The notes beneath the pieces were generated by a model, which was given only the letters and a program-made list of their open reading frames with translations, was not told the DNA's origin and searched no databases. Source: an uncultured Thermodesulfatator sp. (GTDB lineage: Bacteria; Desulfobacterota; Dissulfuribacteria; Dissulfuribacterales; QOAL01). Taken from it: a stretch of 61,180 nt of DNA. The position numbers were made by a program, and so were the translations under genes. Positions 54,518 to 61,180 of this stretch are shown here, one piece after another (the stretch's first letter is position 1; every line of letters starts with the position of its first letter). The stretch lies in assembly GCA_964478865.1 (NCBI GenBank), contig CAYZJS010000015.1, positions 1 through 61,180 of the forward strand, in the 5' to 3' direction.

Positions 54518-56446
54518 TTAGCTGATCCTTGATCCCGCTTCAGTTTCTTCCGGGAGGGAAAGCAGGTGAAGGCCCTTTCCGTCCTTGGCTACAAGCAGCA
54601 TGCCCCTTGATTCAACGCCTCTGAGCTTCACAGGCTTCAGGTTGGCCACTATGACAACCTTCCTGCCCACCAGCTCCTCGGGCTTGAAGTGTTCGGCAAT
54701 GCCTGCAACTATGGTCCTTTCCTCAGGTGCGCGGACGGTCAGCTTTAGCAGCCGGTCCGCGTTGGGATGCCGTTCGGCCCCGACTATTTCCGCAACCCTG
54801 AGTTCAACCTTTGCGAAATCGTCTATGGTTATGAGATTGTCCTTTTTAGCCTCTTTTTCCTTTTCCATCTTCTTTGCCTGCTGTTTTTCTCCTGCCTCTT
54901 TCCTGGCCTGTTTCTTCGATGGGCCTATTCTGGGAAACAGGGCCTTTACCTTGGAGGCTTGTCCTCCTGGAGAAAGTCTTCCAAATTCCAGGGCACTGGC
55001 TGAAAGGGCGTCCTTGTCCGAAAGCCCCAGGGCCTTCAGGATCTTGCCGGAGGCCTCGGGCATCACCGGGCTTACCAGAACGGCAGACATCCTGAGGGTC
55101 TCCAGGAGGCAGTACAAAACGTCGTCCAGGAGGTCCTGTTTTGATTCATCCCTTGCAAGCTCCCACGGAGCGCTCTGGTCTATGACCTTGTTTGCTGCAT
55201 TCAAGACCTTCCAGCACCCGGCAAGTGCCTTGTGGATCTGGAAATCCTCCATGGACTGCTTCCATGACGGGAGCAGTTCTTCAAAGGCATCCTCCAGTCC
55301 GGTATGGAGGCCCCTGGTCCCGTGACGTTCCGGTATGATCCCCTTCCTGTACTTGAAGAGCATGGTAAGGGTACGGCTCAGCAGGTTTCCCAGGTCGTTT
55401 GCAAGGTCTGCATTGATCCTCGTAACAAAGGCATCCTTGCTGAAGCCGGCATCCAGGCCGAATACCATCTCCCTCATGAGGCAGTACCTCGTGGCGTCTG
55501 CACCGAACTCCTTTACCAGCCATTCGGGTTTCACGATGTTTCCCAGGCTCTTTGACATCTTCTCATCCCTGGTCTTCCAGTAGCCGTGGACGTGGAGTTT
55601 CCGGTAGGGTTCCAGGCCCAGGGCCTTCAGCATGATGGGCCAGTAGATGCCGTGGGGTTTTAGGATGTCCTTTGCAATCACGTGGTTGGCAACGGGCCAG
55701 AACCTTTTGAATCTTTCCCCGTCGGGGTAGTCAAGGCCTGTCAGGTAGTTTATGAGGGCGTCAAACCAGACGTAGGTGACGAAGTTTTCGTCAAAGGGCA
55801 GGGGCACGCCCCAGGTAAGCCGGGATACCGGCCTCGATATGCAGAGGTCATCCAGGGGTTCCCTGAGGAAGGACAGGACCTCGTTTCTGTACCTTTCAGG
55901 CGTGATGAACTCCGGGTTGGACTTTACGTGGTCGATGAGCCAGTTTTGGTACTTGCTCATGAGGAAGAAATAGTTTTTTTCCTTGAGGCGGGTGGGCTCT
56001 GTCTTGTGATCCGGGCACTTTCCGTCCTCCAGCTCCCTTTCCACGAGAAACCGCTCGCAACCGAAACAGTAGAGGCCCTCGTACTCCCGGAATTCTATGT
56101 CTCCCCTGTCATAGACCTTTTGAAGGGCAAGCTGCACGGTCCTGACGTGTTCCGGGTCGGTGGTGCGGATGAACCTGTCAGGTTCTATCTGCAGAAGGGG
56201 CCATGTGGCGCGGAATTTTCCGCTGATCATGTCGGTGTACTGCTTGGGACTCATGCCGAGTTTTTCTGCAGCCTGGACTATCTTGTCGCCGTGCTCGTCC
56301 GTGCCTGTCAGGAAAAAGGTCTCTTCCCCCAGGAGCCTGTGAAACCTGTTTTGTACATCCGCCACAACAGTGGAATAGGCATGTCCCAGGTGAGGTTCTG
56401 CATTCACGTAATAGATGGGGGTGGTGATATAGAATCGGTTGTTCAT
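54518..56446 (-). CDS. metG: Methionine--tRNA ligase (with C-terminal EMAP/Trbp111-like tRNA-binding domain)
   Basis: 642 aa with HIGH-type PHLGHAYS, KMSKS, and a C-terminal ..FAKVELRVAEIVGAERHPNADRLLKL... Confidence 0.95.
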   Translation of the reverse strand: MNNRFYITTPIYYVNAEPHLGHAYSTVVADVQNRFHRLLGEETFFLTGTDEHGDKIVQAAEKLGMSPKQYTDMISGKFRATWPLLQIEPDRFIRTTDPEHVRTVQLALQKVYDRGDIEFREYEGLYCFGCERFLVERELEDGKCPDHKTEPTRLKEKNYFFLMSKYQNWLIDHVKSNPEFITPERYRNEVLSFLREPLDDLCISRPVSRLTWGVPLPFDENFVTYVWFDALINYLTGLDYPDGERFKRFWPVANHVIAKDILKPHGIYWPIMLKALGLEPYRKLHVHGYWKTRDEKMSKSLGNIVKPEWLVKEFGADATRYCLMREMVFGLDAGFSKDAFVTRINADLANDLGNLLSRTLTMLFKYRKGIIPERHGTRGLHTGLEDAFEELLPSWKQSMEDFQIHKALAGCWKVLNAANKVIDQSAPWELARDESKQDLLDDVLYCLLETLRMSAVLVSPVMPEASGKILKALGLSDKDALSASALEFGRLSPGGQASKVKALFPRIGPSKKQARKEAGEKQQAKKMEKEKEAKKDNLITIDDFAKVELRVAEIVGAERHPNADRLLKLTVRAPEERTIVAGIAEHFKPEELVGRKVVIVANLKPVKLRGVESRGMLLVAKDGKGLHLLSLPEETEAGSRIS

Positions 56447-57648
56447 GATTTTTGGTTTTCGCCTTTCTTCTTGGGGTTTTTGCCGCCTCTTTTCTTCCTG
56501 CCCCGGGATCTTTTCCGGCCCGAGCTGCCGCCTGGTTTCTTTTCAGCCTGGGCTTTCTGTGCCTTGCGGTCCGCTGCTGTTGCGGCCTTTTCTCCGCCGG
56601 AACCCTGGACCCTCTGGCCGGTTTCCTTTTTTTTGGATGCCTTGCCCTGTTTTGCCTTTTGTTTTTTGGAAGATTTCCGGCCTGTCTTTTTCCTGCCGTT
56701 TTTACCCCGCCCCGGGCCCTTTGACTGTTTCTGTTCCGGTCTTTTACCGCCCTGGCGCCCGGCTGCCTCCTTGGCGTCCGGCGCGGAACCGTCCAGCTCG
56801 TTTATGGTGTATTCCACAAAGGTGCCATTTGGCATGGCAACGGTAACTGCCTGGCGGAAGATATTGTGCCGAACCACCTTGCCCTGGCCTTCCGGGGTCT
56901 CACATGCCTTCCCGAGACTCGGAAGATCTTGAGACATCTCCTTGTAGGTTTCGTATTCATACGTAAGGCAGCAGAGCAGCCTGCCGCAAAAACCGGAGAT
57001 CTTGTTGGGGTTAAGGGGCAGGTTCTGGGCCTTTGCCATCTTGATGGAAATCGGGTCAAAGCCGGACAGGAAGCTTGCACAGCACAGTTCCCTGCCGCAG
57101 CAGCCGATGCCTCCGATGAGCTTGGCCTCGTGCCTTATGCCGATCTGTCTCATCTCGACCCGCATCCGGAGTTCCTTGACGAGTTCCTTGACGAGTTCCC
57201 TGAAATCCACGCGCCCGTCGGCGGAATAGTAGAATATGATCTTGCTTCCGTCGAAGAACCTTTCCACCCTGACAAGTTTCATCTTGAGACCCAGGGAATC
57301 TATGAGCCTCTGGCATACCCCGCGGCCCTGCTGCTCGAGTTCCAGGTTCTTGTAGTAGTCTTCTATTTCCCTGGTGGTGGCAAGCCTCGAAACAAAGGCC
57401 GGGGTGTTCTCCCTGGAAAGCTCCAGGCTTATGGGAGGCTTTATAACCTGGCCCACTTCAAGACCATGTTCGGTTGGGACAATTACCCATTCGCCTTCCT
57501 TGAGCCTGAGATCCTTGACCGCAAAGGTGAGCGGGGGGGATTCGGGCCTGAGTCTTACATGGCAAATGGTTTTCCGCTCGCTCCGCCTGCCCTGATCGGT
57601 AGGGGAAGGGGGAGGGGACTTTCCTTTTTCTGTTGGTTTTCCTGTCAT
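56443..57648 (-). CDS. PSP1/YaaT(RicT)-family protein with a long basic low-complexity tail
   Basis: 401 aa with a PSP1 C-terminal-domain core (..GIGCCGRELCCASFL..CGRLLCCLTYE..). This is followed by about 114 aa rich in K/R/G/Q. It sits in the conserved holB-PSP1-metG position. Confidence 0.8.
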   Translation of the reverse strand: MTGKPTEKGKSPPPSPTDQGRRSERKTICHVRLRPESPPLTFAVKDLRLKEGEWVIVPTEHGLEVGQVIKPPISLELSRENTPAFVSRLATTREIEDYYKNLELEQQGRGVCQRLIDSLGLKMKLVRVERFFDGSKIIFYYSADGRVDFRELVKELVKELRMRVEMRQIGIRHEAKLIGGIGCCGRELCCASFLSGFDPISIKMAKAQNLPLNPNKISGFCGRLLCCLTYEYETYKEMSQDLPSLGKACETPEGQGKVVRHNIFRQAVTVAMPNGTFVEYTINELDGSAPDAKEAAGRQGGKRPEQKQSKGPGRGKNGRKKTGRKSSKKQKAKQGKASKKKETGQRVQGSGGEKAATAADRKAQKAQAEKKPGGSSGRKRSRGRKKRGGKNPKKKGENQKS

Positions 57649-57673
57649 ATGTTTAAGGGCTTGAGGCCTCGAA

Positions 57674-58693
57674 TTACAGAGTTGGATTCTGAAGTTCTGA
57701 TTTGATCCAGAAGATCAGGAGCGCATCGGATATCATTTCCGGATTTACGTTTCTTTCAAGGTATCTTTCAGCCTTGTCAATGAGTTCATGGTATTCCAAC
57801 AAACTATCATAATTTAATCCCTGAGCCAACTCGGTCAATTCTGCTGCCTTGTCCTGGTTTATGAGGTATCGGGTTGCCATGGAACCAGAACTTGAAAGAA
57901 GGAGCAGATCCCTGGTGACGGTCTGGAGGACTTTCAGGGCCAGGCCGAGGCTTTCCCGTGATTGCCCGATTTTCTTTGATGCGTGAAACAGGCCCTCTTT
58001 TTTTTGGCCTGACAAAAGGAAATCAAATATTGTTTCCCTGGCATCGAGGATTCCTTCTTCCACCATCTGTTCCCGGAGCCGGGGGCTGCTTCCCGAAACA
58101 TATTCCATGAAGGTGCGGGCGCTTTCGCCGGAATCCACTGCAAGGTTATCATCAAAAACAGAATCACCGGCCTGAAGGTCAAGGGGGAGTATCTGGCACC
58201 TGGATACTATGGTGGGCAGAAGCCTCGAACTCGATGGTGCAGCCAGGAAAAGGTGCGTGTTTTCAGGCGGTTCTTCAAGGGTTTTCAAAAGGGCATTGGA
58301 TGCGCTGACATTGAGCCTGTCTGCAGAGGCAATGGCAACCACCCGTCTTTTTGACTCAAGCGGTGCAAAGGCTATCATCTTTTGCATGACCCTGACCTGG
58401 TCTATCCTGATAAAACGTCCCTGGGCCTCCAGCTCCATGAAATCGGGATGCACCCCCCTTTCAAACTTGATGCATCCGTTGCAGGCCATGCAGGCACCGG
58501 GAGTTGAAGATTCGACAATGGGGCTGTTACACAGAAGAAAGAGGGCACACTGTCTTATAAGTTGCCTCTTGCCTGAACCGGGCGGGCCTGTGACCAGGTA
58601 GGCGTGGGACAGCCGGTTTTGTTCCATGGCCCTTGCTATAAGCCGAAGGCCGCGCAACCTGCCGCCAGCAGAGGATTGCCTGCTTGTTGCCAT
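57674..58693 (-). CDS. holB: DNA polymerase III delta' subunit
   Basis: 339 aa with ..HAYLVTGPPGSGKRQL.., a Cys-rich zinc module (CMACNGC) and ..ALLKTLEEPP... Confidence 0.85.
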   Translation of the reverse strand: MATSRQSSAGGRLRGLRLIARAMEQNRLSHAYLVTGPPGSGKRQLIRQCALFLLCNSPIVESSTPGACMACNGCIKFERGVHPDFMELEAQGRFIRIDQVRVMQKMIAFAPLESKRRVVAIASADRLNVSASNALLKTLEEPPENTHLFLAAPSSSRLLPTIVSRCQILPLDLQAGDSVFDDNLAVDSGESARTFMEYVSGSSPRLREQMVEEGILDARETIFDFLLSGQKKEGLFHASKKIGQSRESLGLALKVLQTVTRDLLLLSSSGSMATRYLINQDKAAELTELAQGLNYDSLLEYHELIDKAERYLERNVNPEMISDALLIFWIKSELQNPTL

Positions 58694-58695
58694 TG

Positions 58696-60777
58696 TCAGT
58701 CACCGAGGCGGAAAAAGGAGCCTATCCCCTTGAGCCAGTCGGGCATGTTTTGCCAGATCCCGGTCTCAGGATGGAGGGGGGGCAGGGCATCCTTCCGCAG
58801 GGCTTCCCACACGATATTTTTCTGGCTCTCCACAGAGGGTGTCACTATCTGGCCCGTGTAGCGGTCTACCGGCACAAAGGCGATGCCGTCCGGGATGTCG
58901 TATGACCTCTTGGTCATGTCAGCCACGGTGGTCTTCATGAAGTCTGTCCATATGGGGCATGCCGCCCGTCCGCCGGTCTCCAGCCGCCCCAGGCTTTTTC
59001 TGTCCTTCCTGCCTACCCATACGCCGGTAACGAATTCAGGACTGAAACCCATGAACCAGGCATCCTTGTAGTTGTCAGTGGTTCCGGTCTTGCCACCCAC
59101 AGGTATGCCTACTGCCCTGGCCCGCCTGCCGGTTCCGTTCTCAACCACCCCTATCAGCAGGTAGGCCATCTGGAACGCGGTCACAGGGTCCAGTGCCCGT
59201 TGAAATTCCGGATCGAGCATCTCGATTATCCGTCCGTGGCGGTCTGCGATCTGTTCCACCATCTGGGGTCTGACTATCTGTCCCTGGTTTATAAATGCGC
59301 TGTATGCCCGGACCATTTCTTTCAGGGGCACTGCCGACGAACCCAGGGCGATTGAAAGATTGTGGGCAAGGGGCACGGTTATGCCCATCTTCCTGGCCTG
59401 TCTAATTATGGCATTTATGCCTGCCATCCTGGCAATCTTGACCGATATGATGTTTCTGGAGAAAGTCAGTGCGGTTCTGATGGTAATGGGCCCCATGTAG
59501 GATTTGTCAAAGTTCTGGGGCTCCCACATCTTGTTGTTGTCAGTGCCCTTGAGGGATATCGGCTCGTCAACAATAATGGTGTTGGGCTGTATGAGCCCTT
59601 TTTGCATGGCAGTCGAATAGACTATGGGCTTAAAGGAGCTTCCAGGCTGCATGCGTCCCTGGGTTGCAAGGTTATACTGGCTCTTGGAATAATCTGTTCC
59701 GCCGACCATGGCCTTTATCGCGCCTGTCTGGGCATCCATGGATAGAAGGGCGCTCTGTATGTTGGCCTTGAGCCTTTTATCCCGTTTGTGTCTCTCGGTT
59801 ATCTTTTTAAGGCCGTTTTTGACAAACCTCGTGGCATTTTCCTGCCACTTGCTGTCAAGGGTGGTAAAGATTTTCAGGCCGTCATTAAAGAGGCGCTTGG
59901 AGCCGTACCGTGAAAGGAGCTCCTTTTTGACCTCCTGGATAAAGTACCTTGAACCCGCAGGCGGATGGAGCTTTTCGCTCTGGAACTTGATCTTGTAGGC
60001 CAGTGCCTTGTCCCGCTGATCCTCTGTAATAAAGCCTTCCTGGTACATCCGTCTAAGGACGTACTCCTGCCTGCGCCTGGCCCTTTTGTAGTGCCTGAGC
60101 GGGTTGTATTTGCTGGGGGCCTGGGTAAGCCCTGCAATCATGGCGCATTCTGCTATGTTCAGTTGCTGAACGTGCTTGGCAAAATAGGTCCTCGCCGCCG
60201 CCTCTACCCCGTATGCGCCACCACCGAGGTAGATCTGGTTCAGGTAGATATTTAATATCTGGTCCTTGGTGAGGGTGCCGTCTATCTGCCAGGCAAGAAT
60301 GGCCTCCTTCAATTTTCTTAGCCAGCTCCTTTCCGGTGTCAGGAGAAGGGAGCGAGTAACCTGCTGGGTTATTGTGCTGGCACCCTGAACTATGCCCCCT
60401 GCCTCGAAATTTTTAACTGCTGCCCTGAGTACGCCTATAAAATCAATGCCCCGGTGTTCGTAGAAGCGGGCGTCTTCCGCCGCCAGGAATGCATTGATGA
60501 GCCTTTTTGGGATCTTTCTTACGTGGACAGGCCACCTTTTCTGGGTATACCAGTAGGCCAGGACCTTGCCGTCCGACGAATACACCTCCGTGACCATGGG
60601 TGGTTCGTAGTTCTTGAGCTGCAGGATCGGAGGAAGATCCAGCATCATGTATCCCATCATCAGGGCAAACGCCGAGGCAGTGACAAAGAGGCAGGAAGTC
60701 CAGATGATTATGAGAAGCGGCTGAGCTCCCCAAATCCTGGCTGTCTTCTTTTTCTTTTTTCTTGCTTTCCTGGCCAT
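58696..60777 (-). CDS. Class A penicillin-binding protein (PBP1A-type transglycosylase/transpeptidase)
   Basis: 693 aa with an N-terminal TM helix, GT51 motifs (EDARFYEHRGIDF, ..QQVTRSLLL..) and transpeptidase motifs SSFKP, SRN and KTGTT. Confidence 0.93.
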   Translation of the reverse strand: MARKARKKKKKTARIWGAQPLLIIIWTSCLFVTASAFALMMGYMMLDLPPILQLKNYEPPMVTEVYSSDGKVLAYWYTQKRWPVHVRKIPKRLINAFLAAEDARFYEHRGIDFIGVLRAAVKNFEAGGIVQGASTITQQVTRSLLLTPERSWLRKLKEAILAWQIDGTLTKDQILNIYLNQIYLGGGAYGVEAAARTYFAKHVQQLNIAECAMIAGLTQAPSKYNPLRHYKRARRRQEYVLRRMYQEGFITEDQRDKALAYKIKFQSEKLHPPAGSRYFIQEVKKELLSRYGSKRLFNDGLKIFTTLDSKWQENATRFVKNGLKKITERHKRDKRLKANIQSALLSMDAQTGAIKAMVGGTDYSKSQYNLATQGRMQPGSSFKPIVYSTAMQKGLIQPNTIIVDEPISLKGTDNNKMWEPQNFDKSYMGPITIRTALTFSRNIISVKIARMAGINAIIRQARKMGITVPLAHNLSIALGSSAVPLKEMVRAYSAFINQGQIVRPQMVEQIADRHGRIIEMLDPEFQRALDPVTAFQMAYLLIGVVENGTGRRARAVGIPVGGKTGTTDNYKDAWFMGFSPEFVTGVWVGRKDRKSLGRLETGGRAACPIWTDFMKTTVADMTKRSYDIPDGIAFVPVDRYTGQIVTPSVESQKNIVWEALRKDALPPLHPETGIWQNMPDWLKGIGSFFRLGD

Positions 60778-60961
60778 TTGTTTTTTTGCCCGTTCCGGTA
60801 TGCCCGGCAGGTTTAAAGAATCCTGGCTCCTCGTATGGTTTATGCTGAATCGGGATACGGCACCGCCCGGATTTAGGTTTTGCGGCGTTTTACTTTAATG
60901 AAACCCGATAACGGAAACAACCGGTTTGGTACTCCTATCTGGAAAGATTCTGCTCAAACCA

Positions 60962-60994
60962 GAAAAAGCCCTGCAACAATAATGTTACAGGGCT
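60962..60994 (-). terminator. Intrinsic terminator downstream of the partial gene at the window end
   Basis: The minus strand reads AGCCCTG-(14-nt loop)-CAGGGCT followed by TTTTTCT, about 47 nt after the stop at 61041-61043. Confidence 0.5.
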
Positions 60995-61040
60995 TCTGCT
61001 CTTACAATGGTTTTAGGAATAAGCCTATGCGGTCAATCTC

Positions 61041-61180
61041 CTAATGGGCTGCCTCTTTTGCGGCTTCGCCGGCCTTTTCCATAGTTTCCTTTGTGTCCTC
61101 GGTTGCCTTGGCGGCAGTTTCTTTGACTTCTTCAGCGGGGGCCTTTACGGCTTCCTCGACCGTTTCAGCACCAGCCTTGG
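61041..61180 (-). CDS. 3' end of an A/E/K-rich low-complexity protein (5' part outside the window)
   Basis: The open frame on the minus strand runs to the window edge: ..KAGAETVEEAVKAPAEEVKETAAKATEDTKETMEKAGEAAKEAAH*. It is followed by a terminator. No family assignment is possible. Confidence 0.35.
   Translation of the reverse strand, partial: KAGAETVEEAVKAPAEEVKETAAKATEDTKETMEKAGEAAKEAAH

Noticed and set aside
55682-56932. 416-aa plus-strand ORF spanning the metG/PSP1 junction
   Set aside because: It is antisense to two well-supported genes and has no recognisable motifs. Long antisense ORFs of this kind recur across the GC-rich coding regions of this window.
1-61180. Searched for CRISPR arrays, rRNA genes, integrase/transposase genes, toxin-antitoxin pairs and recognisable defence systems
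   Set aside because: No short regularly spaced direct repeats were found, and no rRNA-like conserved blocks. No DDE/tyrosine/serine recombinase motifs and no characteristic defence-gene motifs turned up in any ORF of the six-frame track.

Overview
This is a 61.2-kb chromosomal window with about 55 tightly packed protein genes, one tRNA-Pro, and no rRNA, CRISPR array or recognisable transposase. The taxon is inference only. Gene order (infB-DUF503-rbfA-DHH-truB-rpsO-pnp-M16 peptidase-dut; PBP1A-holB-PSP1-metG-selB) and heavy AGG/ATA codon use at fairly high GC suggest a Desulfobacterota/Thermodesulfobacteriota-like, possibly thermophilic, Gram-negative anaerobe.

Contents in order:
- 1-9.7 kb: translation and RNA-turnover housekeeping genes.
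- 9.8-19.1 kb, minus strand: a nitrate/nitrite respiration island. It reads NapC/NrfH-type tetrahaem cytochrome, octahaem HAO-family cytochrome, outer-membrane beta-barrel, napM-like tetrahaem, napA, unknown secreted protein, napD, napG, napH, small HNH protein.
- 19.2-21.9 kb: a divergent cupin, haem-c sensor kinase and OmpR-type regulator unit.
- 21.9-27 kb: uvrC, mutL, miaA, pgsA-like.
- 27-31 kb: HDOD, SPFH, NfeD, UDG, VanZ.
- 31-35 kb: lysS, lolC/E, ATP-grasp.
- 35-39.8 kb: tRNA-Pro, a roughly 580-bp AT-rich spacer, dnaA (no dnaN after it), glcD-like, ispD, ispF.
- 39.8-60.8 kb: a 21-kb co-directional minus-strand array. It holds an LPS-core locus (O-antigen ligase-like, GT4, tandem LPS kinase, GT9, RfaP-like kinase), then a translationally coupled metF/V-His6-type isomerase-PfkB kinase-formyltransferase set, then selB, metG, PSP1, holB and PBP1A.

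Items most worth a second look:
1. The NrfA-less nap+hao ammonification module and its three non-canonical passengers.
2. Two inverted copies of a roughly 180-190-bp self-palindromic repeat that bracket an AT-rich 1.6-kb islet inside the LPS locus.
3. A GT9 heptosyltransferase reading frame interrupted by one in-frame TGA, followed immediately by a strong hairpin, in a genome that encodes SelB.
4. A haem-c sensor two-component system with phased direct repeats in the divergent promoter region.

All family assignments come from motif reading by eye. No database search was run.
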